Shown piece after piece: positions 50,801 through 60,254 of a DNA stretch of 64,000 nucleotides. The DNA comes from Sulfuriferula sp. GTDB taxonomy: Bacteria; Pseudomonadota; Gammaproteobacteria; Burkholderiales; Sulfuriferulaceae. Position 1 is the stretch's first letter. Each line of letters starts with the position of its first letter. The stretch is from positions 61,842 through 125,841 of the forward strand of contig DATKUZ010000028.1 of NCBI GenBank assembly GCA_035530335.1. Direction: 5' to 3'. The notes beneath the pieces are model-generated. The model ran no database searches. It was not told the DNA's origin and saw nothing but the letters and a program-made list of their open reading frames with translations. The translations under genes and the position numbers were made by a program.

Positions 50801-53800
50801 TCAATGTTTATCCGGCACCCGGACTGCAATGAGTCGATCCACATATACATATTTCACATATTTTGCACTCGGTGCCTGGACATAGATGCCTTTGCCCTGG
50901 TCTGTATCGTAACGGAACGGGCCGCCCGGAACCTTGATCAGATGGTACTGGCCATCATTCAAATTGCCTATCAATCCCGGATTGAACAAACCCATCGGCG
51001 GGGAATATCCGACTTTTGCACCCACATCCTTGTCATGATTTGCAGCAGCGTCAGTGCGGATACTCGCATAAAGCTCCCATTGACCCTCCTTGGGCAGCTT
51101 ATCCAGCTTGAACTGCACCGCCCAGGTGGAGGAGTCGCCTTTCATCCTGGCTGCGGCGCCATCGGACGCCGCCTTATCCTGAACGATTTGCGCCGATTCA
51201 TAGCGATTGAAACTCAAATCCTGAAAATCCCTCCAGTCCGATCCGGGCAAATCGCGCACCATCGCAGGAACCGCCGGTGTGTGCCGCTCGACTGCCAGCA
51301 ATTCCTCCAGTTCCTGGATATTCCCCCCCTGACGGTACTGCGTCACTTTCGCCGTGCGCAGCGTCTGCTTGAAACGCGCCAGGCGCTGCGCGGTGCCCGG
51401 CTGCCAGTCGAGGTCACGGCGGGCGGCCTCGTCCGCATACTCTTTACGTCGTACCAGAATGACGTAATCCACAGGCATGCGCGCTTCTTTCACGTGCTCC
51501 AGCAACACCGGGTTGTTTGCCACTGCCGCCTGCGCTTGCTCGAACAACTGGTCTGCAGCACGCACGAAGTCCAGATTCAGCATGGCCAGATCGACCTGGG
51601 TTTTCTCGCCAAGCATGTCGCCGCTCCTGGCAATCGCCGCGTGCATCAGATCGATGTACTGGAGCACGTAGGGGCTGGCCGCACCGAAATAATACCGGCA
51701 ATATTCGGCGACCAGCGCCCTGACGTCCTGCTTCGGGTTCCACAACAGCCGCGCGATCATCCACGCACGCAAGCTGGCAAACTCGGCAGCCGGCGTATCC
51801 CAGCTGCCTTCGGCAAAATAACCATGCACATTCGGCAGCGTAGCCAGCCATTGCAGGCTATGGCCGATCGGATAAATGTTGGGCGTGGGCTGAAGGAAGC
51901 CGCTGAAGTTGGTAATGTGATCCCATACCAGGATGTGTTTCGCGATGGCATTCCAGCCTGCGATGTCCTGGCCCAGTTTCTTGTTTCTCCCCTGGTTCAG
52001 CGGTGAGCTGTAATCCACCTGTATCGTCATCGGAAATACCAGCACATAGTCGGGCACCGTCATGCCCTTGGGTGGCGTAAAACTCCAGTGATAGGCGTTG
52101 AAAGCCAGACGTGCGCCGGGTAGAACCTTGCGCACGCGGTTGGCGATATCGATCACCATGTCCAGCCGGGGTGCGGATGGCTCGCCGCCATGCTTGTCGG
52201 CAAAGGCTTTGCTGGCCGGATCCATATCCCAGCCCCAGTCCATGTCGTGAAGATCGAACCAGACTTTTCTGTAGTCCGGCAGCTGCTTCAATCGGTTGAT
52301 GATGGCCTCGGCCATGACCTGGCGCACTTGCGGATTCATCATCGCCACCTGGCCACCGGCATACCAGTCAGGATGTGCCTTGGCATATTTATCCTGCGGC
52401 ATCAGCTCCCAGAAAGTGGCTTCTCCGCCTTTCGCCCCCCAGCTGTGATTCCAGCTGTCGATTTCCGGTGGCGACGCGCTGAACGACGGCCCGTGCGATT
52501 CGCCGTTGAGCAGATTATGGGCGCGATAAGGCTTGTCCTGCCCTTCATAGCTGAGCACTTCCCGATAGCCGAAGCGCGGCACCTGCAGCTCATCCAGACG
52601 CGCAACCTGCAGCTTACTTTCCTCCGGCACATAAGTGTAGGAAGGGCTAAGCCACTTGACCCCGAGCTTGCGATCCAGAAACCAGTTGACGCCATACATG
52701 GTGCCGCGCGGTGTGGCGCCGGCTATCACCAGATGCGGCCCCACGGTGCGGATGACGAAGCCGTCCTCGCCCAACTTGTCATAGGGAATGTCCGGGCACA
52801 ACCGTTGCGTCAGGGCATTGTCACGCCCGACCACCAGCAGCGGGCCGGTCTGCGGATTGTCATCGGAGGAAAATGACGCAAAGCTGGCACCGCTGATCTG
52901 CTTCAGATAATCGGCAAGCGTGGCGGCTGCACCCAGGGTGATGGCATCGGCATTTCGAGCCACATGGATGTGATAACGCGCGTGACCGTTATCCGCCAGA
53001 ACCAAGGTGCCGGGAGACTTGCCAGCGCCCGCGGCAATCGCGGCAGCGATGGTTTTTTCGACGTTGCCGGTTTTTACCGCCGGTGCAAACATGGCCGCCG
53101 CCATCTCCGTCTGCTTCAAGATAGCCGCCGTAGTGACCGGATCGTCTGTCGGGCTCACCGCAACCGCATCAAAGTCGGCCGCACCAGGCGTAGCTGCCTT
53201 CTTGCGCAGATAAAGCAACAGCTCGTTGGCGCCGGGCGGCGCTTTTACCACCACCGAATACGATTTCCATGCATGCGTCCCGCCGGTCACAAACAGTGCC
53301 GGCTCGGCCCCCGAAGCCAGCTTGACTTGCTGCGGCCCTCGCCACCCGGCATCGACTCCGCTGCCGCGAAAACTCAACTGGACAAATACCGAGCCGTCGG
53401 CCGCATCCTTGGAGCGGATCTGCATGCTCACCCGATAGTGCTTGCCGCCCACCACAGGCCGCTTGTCCTGGGCGGCAAATCCCCCGGTGATTCTCAGGGC
53501 CGACCGGCCTTCAGCTGCACTACCCTTGATGATGCCCCCATCACCCCACCAGGGCGCCTTGCCTGTTTCAAACCCGCCGTTCCGGATAATCCGGATCGGC
53601 GCAAGGGTTCCCGCCGTCAGCCGTTCGATGGACAGGTCATCGAAATAGGCCGTTCCCCGGGGTTCAGGCTGGGCGTCATGACGCAGGTAAATCTGCAACG
53701 CTCTGGCAGCGGGCGGAATCTGCGTGGCGGGAATCACTGCCGAATATTCCTTCCAGCCTGATGTCCCCCCAACCGACAGCAACGCCGGTGATTTACCACC

Positions 53801-54205
53801 ATCCAGCACGAAAGCCGGCGCCGCACCTTCCAGCCAGCCACCGACAACCGGGCCGAACGTCCCGCTCGCGGCATTGGAGCCCTCCCCCCGTAGCAGCGCG
53901 CTCACTGCCACATCACGGGCATTACAGGCATCGCACTTGACCCAGAGATGGATTCGATAATCAAAACCCGGCTTGATCGGTACCATGCCCGCGGGCGCCT
54001 GATAGGCAAAACCGGATGCGAGCGCCAGCGATCTCGTGCCCCCATGCCGCTCGCCATCCACGATGCTTCCGCCCACCCAGACGCTTTTTCCATCCTCGAA
54101 TCCGCCATCGGCGACAGGCACAGGCTCGCCTTGAATAGCCATTGCCCGCGCGCAGAAAAGCAGCGCAAACAATCCCATCGCAAACAAACAGAACAGCCGG
54201 CTCAT
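50801..54205 (-). CDS. Large secreted multidomain protein: two CBM-like domains, a GH67/GH20-N-like domain, a DUF4838-like barrel and a C-terminal beta domain
   Basis: Signal peptide MSRLFCLFAMGLFALLFCARAMA; two (D/N)GGFE...(Y/A)FD repeats; EDGFVIRT..LVIAG..RGTMYGV; PRFGYRE...W.IARLLWNP...YYFG. An alternative start at 54235 is possible. Confidence 0.7.
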   Translation of the reverse strand: MSRLFCLFAMGLFALLFCARAMAIQGEPVPVADGGFEDGKSVWVGGSIVDGERHGGTRSLALASGFAYQAPAGMVPIKPGFDYRIHLWVKCDACNARDVAVSALLRGEGSNAASGTFGPVVGGWLEGAAPAFVLDGGKSPALLSVGGTSGWKEYSAVIPATQIPPAARALQIYLRHDAQPEPRGTAYFDDLSIERLTAGTLAPIRIIRNGGFETGKAPWWGDGGIIKGSAAEGRSALRITGGFAAQDKRPVVGGKHYRVSMQIRSKDAADGSVFVQLSFRGSGVDAGWRGPQQVKLASGAEPALFVTGGTHAWKSYSVVVKAPPGANELLLYLRKKAATPGAADFDAVAVSPTDDPVTTAAILKQTEMAAAMFAPAVKTGNVEKTIAAAIAAGAGKSPGTLVLADNGHARYHIHVARNADAITLGAAATLADYLKQISGASFASFSSDDNPQTGPLLVVGRDNALTQRLCPDIPYDKLGEDGFVIRTVGPHLVIAGATPRGTMYGVNWFLDRKLGVKWLSPSYTYVPEESKLQVARLDELQVPRFGYREVLSYEGQDKPYRAHNLLNGESHGPSFSASPPEIDSWNHSWGAKGGEATFWELMPQDKYAKAHPDWYAGGQVAMMNPQVRQVMAEAIINRLKQLPDYRKVWFDLHDMDWGWDMDPASKAFADKHGGEPSAPRLDMVIDIANRVRKVLPGARLAFNAYHWSFTPPKGMTVPDYVLVFPMTIQVDYSSPLNQGRNKKLGQDIAGWNAIAKHILVWDHITNFSGFLQPTPNIYPIGHSLQWLATLPNVHGYFAEGSWDTPAAEFASLRAWMIARLLWNPKQDVRALVAEYCRYYFGAASPYVLQYIDLMHAAIARSGDMLGEKTQVDLAMLNLDFVRAADQLFEQAQAAVANNPVLLEHVKEARMPVDYVILVRRKEYADEAARRDLDWQPGTAQRLARFKQTLRTAKVTQYRQGGNIQELEELLAVERHTPAVPAMVRDLPGSDWRDFQDLSFNRYESAQIVQDKAASDGAAARMKGDSSTWAVQFKLDKLPKEGQWELYASIRTDAAANHDKDVGAKVGYSPPMGLFNPGLIGNLNDGQYHLIKVPGGPFRYDTDQGKGIYVQAPSAKYVKYVYVDRLIAVRVPDKH

Positions 54206-54258
54206 GTTCTGCGCTGCAGAATTACATGCGCTCATACAGGGCTCTCCACCACACATGC

Positions 54259-55092
54259 TCAGCGCCAAAGCCCGGGAATTCCCGGTTGGCGGAACAGCGG
54301 CACGCGAAATTTCTTCCTGAACCGCATCAAACTTTGCAGGTGCAGACGGCCGGCCCAGCTGAATGGCCCGGCCGCACTGGTTCGCTGATGATCGTGCACC
54401 AGCCGCACACCCGGGACGCATACTACGCGGAAACCGGCCTGCCAAACCCTGGCACACAGGTCAACATCCTCCATATACAGGAAATAGGCTTCATCCATGC
54501 CGCCAATGCTGTTAAACAACGCGCGCCGGACGATAAAACCTGTCCCCATTACCCATTCGGCGTCGAACGGCTGATCGGCGTCCCACGCCGACAGCATCAT
54601 GTGCCGGTCAATACGCGGCTTGAATGGCCAGTATCGCCCGATCGGCAGCCTGCGCCCGACAACATCCAGCAGGCTGTAGAAGCGCCTTGCAGAAAATTGC
54701 CGTGCACCCCCGGGATAAACCAGGTCGAGGCCGACAATCCCGACATCGGGTTCACGCTCAAACAGCCGGATTGCCTGCTGAATGCTGAGATCTTCAAAGT
54801 ATGTGTCCGGGTTCAATACCAGGATGAACTCGCGATCACAGGCCGCTGCGCCAAGATTCACGCCGGCGCCGAACCCGCTATTGGTTGCCGAGCGCACCAG
54901 GCGGACGCCTTGCAGCAATTCCCGACTGAGGCGCTCGAAGGAGTCGTCCGGCGAGGCATTTTCCACCACCACGATATCTTGCGGAGCAGCGATACCCAGA
55001 CGCACGATCGACTCTACACACTTCAATGTGAGATCAGGTGTGCGGAAATTGACGACGACCGGATTAATAGCGCCCAATAAGCTGGTTGACAT
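54259..55092 (-). CDS. GT2 glycosyltransferase (WbbL/rhamnosyltransferase-like)
   Basis: VVVNFRT, VVENAS.D, N.GFGAG.N.G, LNPDT, DE.YFLYMEDVDLC.R. Confidence 0.88.
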   Translation of the reverse strand: MSTSLLGAINPVVVNFRTPDLTLKCVESIVRLGIAAPQDIVVVENASPDDSFERLSRELLQGVRLVRSATNSGFGAGVNLGAAACDREFILVLNPDTYFEDLSIQQAIRLFEREPDVGIVGLDLVYPGGARQFSARRFYSLLDVVGRRLPIGRYWPFKPRIDRHMMLSAWDADQPFDAEWVMGTGFIVRRALFNSIGGMDEAYFLYMEDVDLCARVWQAGFRVVCVPGVRLVHDHQRTSAAGPFSWAGRLHLQSLMRFRKKFRVPLFRQPGIPGLWR

Positions 55093-55163
55093 TGCAATTC
55101 TCCTTCAAACCAATGCGCTGTCGCTGTCTGCAACGCGCCGAGAGCTTTCCCTGGCGACGGCTA

Positions 55164-55922
55164 TCATTTCCATGCGCAAACGACTTTCGAGGGGATGTGT
55201 TGCGCATCTGCAAGAAAAACATCCATTAGTTCAACCTTCCTGAAACCGGCTGTTTTAACCCGCCCTGCAATATCCCTTGAAGAATGACGCCAAAACACCG
55301 GCACTGATTTTGCGCCAGCCAGCCGGCTATCGTGGTATTCGGGAATGCCGGTAAAAACGATATTGCCATTATCGAGAAAGGCGATTCTTTCAGTGCAATC
55401 GGTATCGTAGAGGGGCACGCTGAAAATAAGTGCGCCACCCTTGCGCAGTACCCGGAAACATTCGGCATATCCCCGGATATCGTCCGGCACATGCTCAAAA
55501 ACCTGATTCGAGGTGACCAGATCAAAACTCTCATTATCAAAGGTTAGCTGCTGGACGTCCTGATTCAGGACGCCATCAATAACGCTGCCTGGCTTTTCTT
55601 CCGGGAAAAATTCGCTGTCAACGACTGTGGGCCAATTGGCTTTTAACCAGGCAAGCGTGCATCCATAGCTGGAAAGCTCGTATGCAGACTTTCCCGTATA
55701 GGGTTCCTTGAAATAATTTTTAATGGCTGCGACCAGCGAGAGATTGGTGATGTTCGTCCTGCATTTCAGGCATCTTGTCATGAAGGGGTCTTTCCTGAAT
55801 GACAGGAAAAAGCTTTTATTGCAAAGCGGACACTCGCCTTTCGAGACCCTCCATTTATACGGGGTGTCTGCCCAGCCCAGATAGCGTATTGCCGAGCTTA
55901 GTCTTGGCGAAATCATGCTCAT
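55164..55922 (-). CDS. Class I SAM-dependent methyltransferase with N-terminal CxxC pairs
   Basis: CPLC...CLKC, QDVQQLTF...SFDLV.SNQVFEHVPD....AECFRVLR.GG.LIFSVP. Confidence 0.75.
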   Translation of the reverse strand: MSMISPRLSSAIRYLGWADTPYKWRVSKGECPLCNKSFFLSFRKDPFMTRCLKCRTNITNLSLVAAIKNYFKEPYTGKSAYELSSYGCTLAWLKANWPTVVDSEFFPEEKPGSVIDGVLNQDVQQLTFDNESFDLVTSNQVFEHVPDDIRGYAECFRVLRKGGALIFSVPLYDTDCTERIAFLDNGNIVFTGIPEYHDSRLAGAKSVPVFWRHSSRDIAGRVKTAGFRKVELMDVFLADAQHIPSKVVCAWK

Positions 55923-55929
55923 GCGAACC

Positions 55930-56970
55930 TCACGCCGACTCATATACATGTTCGACAATACCCCAGAGCTCTTGTGCCGAACGATCCCAGTCGAAACGCG
56001 CCACTTGTTCCCTCCCCCTGGCCACCAGTTCGCTGCAGAACCCATCATCGCAGGCCAGACGGTTCAGCCCTTTGGCAATGTCTTTTATCGAATACGGATC
56101 GACAATCAAGGCGGCATTTCCCGCCACTTCCGGCATGGCCGAAACGTTCGACGTCACCACCGGCACCCCCGAGGCCATTGCCTCCACGATCGGCAACCCG
56201 AAGCCCTCGTATAGCGAAACGAAAGCTACGAACAGCGCGCCTTTATACAGCTTCGGCAAGTCCTCGTCATTGACCCGCCCCAGAAAATGCAGCCTGGATT
56301 CCACCCCCGCGCGCCTGGCGTGTCCGACCAGTGCCTGATTGACATTGCCGGTCATCGCCAGATGAATATCCCGTTGCGGCAACGCAGAAGCTGCGTAGGC
56401 CGAGATCAGACGCTGCAGATTTTTGTAACTGCGATGATTGCCCGGATACAGAACATAGCGATACGGCATCTTGGCCGATTCCTGGTTTTCCAGATAAATG
56501 CTGTCCACGCTGTTATAAACAACAGACACTTTGTTCGGGGGCATACCGGACCATTCAAGAAACTCGCGACGCGTGTAATCGGAAACGCAAACGATGGCGC
56601 TGCACAGCCGATACAGGGGCTTGAGATAGTGGTTGTAATACGCTGCATGGAAACGGCTATAGAAACGCAAGTGGGTCAGGTCATGCACAGTCACCACACT
56701 GGGAATGTCCATCACTGCCGGCGGTACAAATCCCGCACTCCAGTACACGCCATCGCGATCCGTCGCCGAACGCCGCAAGGCGCGGCTTATCGCAAACGGC
56801 GAAAACGGGCTGCCGATACTTCCCTTCACCTCAAGACCTACCAGATTCATGCGCGACGGTTTACGTTCCACCATGGCGGCCATGACATTGCCAATCCCGG
56901 TCTTCAGGGGCCAGCGCATGTCTGAATAAACGCTTAGACGATGCTCGTTATATAAACTCGCCTTCATCAT
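55930..56970 (-). CDS. Glycosyltransferase family 4
   Basis: [49 protein letters not shown]. Confidence 0.9.
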   Translation of the reverse strand: MMKASLYNEHRLSVYSDMRWPLKTGIGNVMAAMVERKPSRMNLVGLEVKGSIGSPFSPFAISRALRRSATDRDGVYWSAGFVPPAVMDIPSVVTVHDLTHLRFYSRFHAAYYNHYLKPLYRLCSAIVCVSDYTRREFLEWSGMPPNKVSVVYNSVDSIYLENQESAKMPYRYVLYPGNHRSYKNLQRLISAYAASALPQRDIHLAMTGNVNQALVGHARRAGVESRLHFLGRVNDEDLPKLYKGALFVAFVSLYEGFGLPIVEAMASGVPVVTSNVSAMPEVAGNAALIVDPYSIKDIAKGLNRLACDDGFCSELVARGREQVARFDWDRSAQELWGIVEHVYESA

Positions 56971-56977
56971 TCCGCCC

Positions 56978-57814
56978 TCAGTCGATCCAGCCGAGAAAAC
57001 GCTGGGAGGCAGCAATCCAGTAATACCTGGCGCGCTTGTAATCCAGCCTGAGCAGGGACAGCATGCCTCCTGCCATCGACCTGAAGATCAGATACAAGAC
57101 AAAATACGCCGGATAGCTCGACAACCCCAGAACACGGCCGAACCCGCGGTTATACAGGCGCGCCCGTGAAAACGCCTTGTCGTCCATCACCGTCAGCGGC
57201 TCGGGATGGAATATCCGCAGGTCCGGGTCATAACGCACATACATGGACGCCTGAATGACACGCAGCAGAAAATTCACTTCCTCGCCCGCTCCCCAGCGCG
57301 TACCGGAACCCACTCCCAGCGCTTCATTGAACTGCCCGGCGCGAATAACCGCCTCGGTGCGCAGGAAAATGGTGTAAGACGTGGCGCAAGTCCAGACGTT
57401 GTATCTGTCGACCGTCAATCTCTGATCCGACCAGCGCCCTTGTGACGCGATGCCATTTCCGTCCACGCTGCGCCCGGTCAAACCCTGCAGGCGCGGATCG
57501 GCCTGGAATTGTTTGACCACAAACTCCAGCACGTCCGGACGGTACCAGCAGTCATCGTCCGGAAAGGCAACCAGGTCGCCGTGAATGTGTTTCAGGCCAA
57601 CATTCCTTGCACGCGACAGGCCTTTTTCCGAACGCAGATAAACAAACTCAAGACGGTCGCGAAACTCATCCACCAGCTTCACCACGCGGTCATCCTCGTT
57701 CTGATCCACCACGATCACTTCAAAGTGCTTGTATGTCTGGTTCGCGAGCGAGTTGAACAGGCGTTCAATTTCCACGCTGCGTCCCAGCGTTGCCATCACC
57801 AGAGAGAATTTCAT
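56978..57814 (-). CDS. Glycosyltransferase family 2
   Basis: FSLVMAT.GR, VIVVDQN, GLS.ARN.GL, AFPDDDC (DXD), GAGEE. Confidence 0.88.
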   Translation of the reverse strand: MKFSLVMATLGRSVEIERLFNSLANQTYKHFEVIVVDQNEDDRVVKLVDEFRDRLEFVYLRSEKGLSRARNVGLKHIHGDLVAFPDDDCWYRPDVLEFVVKQFQADPRLQGLTGRSVDGNGIASQGRWSDQRLTVDRYNVWTCATSYTIFLRTEAVIRAGQFNEALGVGSGTRWGAGEEVNFLLRVIQASMYVRYDPDLRIFHPEPLTVMDDKAFSRARLYNRGFGRVLGLSSYPAYFVLYLIFRSMAGGMLSLLRLDYKRARYYWIAASQRFLGWID

Positions 57815-58836
57815 GACCTTGCTCCACCATCGGCGACCGAATCGACGATGTTCCACAATTGCGCCGCGGATTTTTTCCAGTCGAATTGGAGGACACGCTC
57901 GGCACCGCACGCGATCAGTTGGTGACGCGCAGCTTCGTCCAGCGCCAGGGTATTGAGCCCTTTGGTAATTTCTTCTATCGAATAGGGATCGACGAGCAGT
58001 GCCGCATCGCCGGCGATTTCAGGCATCGAGGAGACGTTGGAGGTCATTACCGGCACCCCCGATGCCATGGCTTCGACAATAGGCAGACCAAAGCCCTCAT
58101 ACAGCGAGATATAAGCTACAGCCAACGCCCCCCGGTAGAGTTTCGGCAGGTCGGGGACATCCAGCCATCCGCAAAAATGTACCCGATCCGCAATTCCCAA
58201 CTCCGCCGCTTGGGATTGCAAGCCGGCGTGGAGCTCTCCAGTCAATACGAGATGAATGTCATGCTGTGGCAGCCGCGAGCGGGCATACGCCTCCAGCAGA
58301 CGCGCCAGGTTCTTGTAGGGGCGATGATTGCCGGGATAGAGCACATAGGGGTAGGGCAGATCCAGTGTTTCAGTGTTGGCCGCGTAATCCGGGCAGACGC
58401 CGTTCAGAACCACGTGCACCTTGTGCGGCGCCATTTTCGACCAGGACAGGAAAGTGGCGCGGGTGAACTCCGACACGCAGATGATCGCAGCGCAGCGCCG
58501 GTAAAGCGGCTTCAGGACGATATCGTAATAGGCGCGGTGCAGGCGGCTATAAAACAGACGATGCGTCAGATCGTGCACGGTGACGACCGAGGGTATGCGT
58601 GCCCACAAGGGGGGCAGGAAGCCAGGGTTCCAGAATACGCCGTCGCGCATGCGCTGCAGGGCGCGGGTCAATGTCAGCGGTGCCCCCGGGCTGCCGAGAC
58701 TGCCGCTCAGATGCAGATCGACCAGGCGGACATGCGGCGGCGCCGCGGCGCAGCACGCCGCCTGAACTTTGGCGATGCCGGTCATACGCGGCCAGCGCAA
58801 ATCGGCGTATACCGGGTAGAAGGCAGGTGCGGTCAT
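57811..58836 (-). CDS. Glycosyltransferase family 4 (paralog of 55930-56970)
   Basis: Shares [39 protein letters not shown] and [14 protein letters not shown]. Confidence 0.9.
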   Translation of the reverse strand: MTAPAFYPVYADLRWPRMTGIAKVQAACCAAAPPHVRLVDLHLSGSLGSPGAPLTLTRALQRMRDGVFWNPGFLPPLWARIPSVVTVHDLTHRLFYSRLHRAYYDIVLKPLYRRCAAIICVSEFTRATFLSWSKMAPHKVHVVLNGVCPDYAANTETLDLPYPYVLYPGNHRPYKNLARLLEAYARSRLPQHDIHLVLTGELHAGLQSQAAELGIADRVHFCGWLDVPDLPKLYRGALAVAYISLYEGFGLPIVEAMASGVPVMTSNVSSMPEIAGDAALLVDPYSIEEITKGLNTLALDEAARHQLIACGAERVLQFDWKKSAAQLWNIVDSVADGGARS

Positions 58837-59012
58837 CGCATGTCTCCGTAGACGTTTACGCTATCCAGCTGCCGGTCATCCTCATTCCGGTCAACCACGA
58901 TCGCTTCGAAATTTTTATACATCTGGTTTGCGCGCGAGTTGAACGGGCGCTCAATTTCCATGCTGCGTCCCCGCGTCGCCATCACAAGTGAGAATTTCAT
59001 CAATTTATCCAT
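58833..59012 (-). pseudogene. Truncated GT2 5' fragment (paralog of 56978-57814)
   Basis: Manual translation gives [59 protein letters not shown], 35/43 identical to the intact GT2 N-terminus. Confidence 0.8.
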
Positions 59013-59069
59013 CCTGTAAATAACCTTGGCATCGCTGACAAAGGCCTGACCAACAACCGCGGCGCCCCC

Positions 59070-60206
59070 TCATTTGGCACGGGCCGCAGCCCGGCGCTGC
59101 AGGCCCCAGGACGCCAGAAAACCGGCAAACAGGTAAACAATCTCCGATTGATGCAATGGGTTCACCAACGACCAGGCCGCCACCGGGGCCAGCAGAAAAA
59201 CAGATGAAGTGCCGACGCCGGCAAAGAAAACAAACCAGAACGCCAGTCCGGCAAACCCGGCAATCACCATGAAATCGAGTGGCGAAGAGAAAATGGAATT
59301 CGTGCCCAAACCCAGGCCCATGACGGTGAACCACAGCTGCGAAAAGTATCCTTCGACAAAACCGAAACCGTATCCGGTCCAGTTTTCACCGATCAGTTTT
59401 ATGCTTTGTTCAAAAGCGAGTCCGCGTTCATTCTGAAGCCGTACCTGCAACAGGTCTCCGGATAATTCCCAGCCGAAATGCTGCATGTAAAACGCTGAGC
59501 CTGCGGCAATCGCTAAAATCTTCAGCCAGAAATGCCCGCGATGGTGCAACATAAAAGCGATGCCGCAAGCAATCAACACTGTTTTCGATTCGCTAAGCAG
59601 GGCAATCAATAGGCTGGCCCCGAAGAATTTCGCCAAAGAGGAAAAGCGGAAATCAGATCTCAAAAAAAGCAGATAAATAAGCAAGAAAAAGTAGATGGCA
59701 AACCAGTTTCTTTCTTTGAAAGTGCCATGGATGGCGTTTTGCATGAAACCCACAGCCTGGTAAACCACCGGCACCCGATAAAACTGGAGAAGAAATTGGA
59801 CGGCAATAAATACGAATATGAAAACATAGCCGTAGGGCAGTTTTTGGTTGAAATATTTTACCCCGTACATTCTTCCGATCAGATAGAACGCCGGGTACAC
59901 CGCGACAAACTTTATTATCTGTTCCAATGCCTTGATGCGAAAATATTGAGCCAATAAGGTGTCCACCAGCGCGATGGCGATAAAAAACAGATAGGCGCCT
60001 ATTTCCAGTCCGCTGACCCGAAAAGACCGGGTGTAAACCATCACCCCGATCACCAGTATTGCCCATAGATGGGCCGGTTGCGCCATGCCGACCTGAATGA
60101 ACTGCAACGGCAGCAGTAGCAGGCCTGCGATAAATAGCCGCCCTAGCCACACATCCGTAGCTGTCTCTTTCGTCAGTGCGAAAACAGGAATCGCTGGAGC
60201 ATTCAT
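59070..60206 (-). CDS. Wzy-like polysaccharide polymerase (polytopic membrane protein)
   Basis: About 10 hydrophobic segments, GTF.ERN.F..Y, LSESKT, ER..AF, GYG.G. Lies within the GT cluster. Confidence 0.6.
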   Translation of the reverse strand: MNAPAIPVFALTKETATDVWLGRLFIAGLLLLPLQFIQVGMAQPAHLWAILVIGVMVYTRSFRVSGLEIGAYLFFIAIALVDTLLAQYFRIKALEQIIKFVAVYPAFYLIGRMYGVKYFNQKLPYGYVFIFVFIAVQFLLQFYRVPVVYQAVGFMQNAIHGTFKERNWFAIYFFLLIYLLFLRSDFRFSSLAKFFGASLLIALLSESKTVLIACGIAFMLHHRGHFWLKILAIAAGSAFYMQHFGWELSGDLLQVRLQNERGLAFEQSIKLIGENWTGYGFGFVEGYFSQLWFTVMGLGLGTNSIFSSPLDFMVIAGFAGLAFWFVFFAGVGTSSVFLLAPVAAWSLVNPLHQSEIVYLFAGFLASWGLQRRAAARAK

Positions 60207-60254
60207 TGCGCTAGCCTAAAACTTCCCGAATCGATAACCCGTTCCAATGCATCC

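Noticed and set aside
54206-54457. Upstream extension of the 1218-aa ORF
   Set aside because: It overlaps the GT2 gene on the same strand. The signal peptide begins at 54205 (or 54235).
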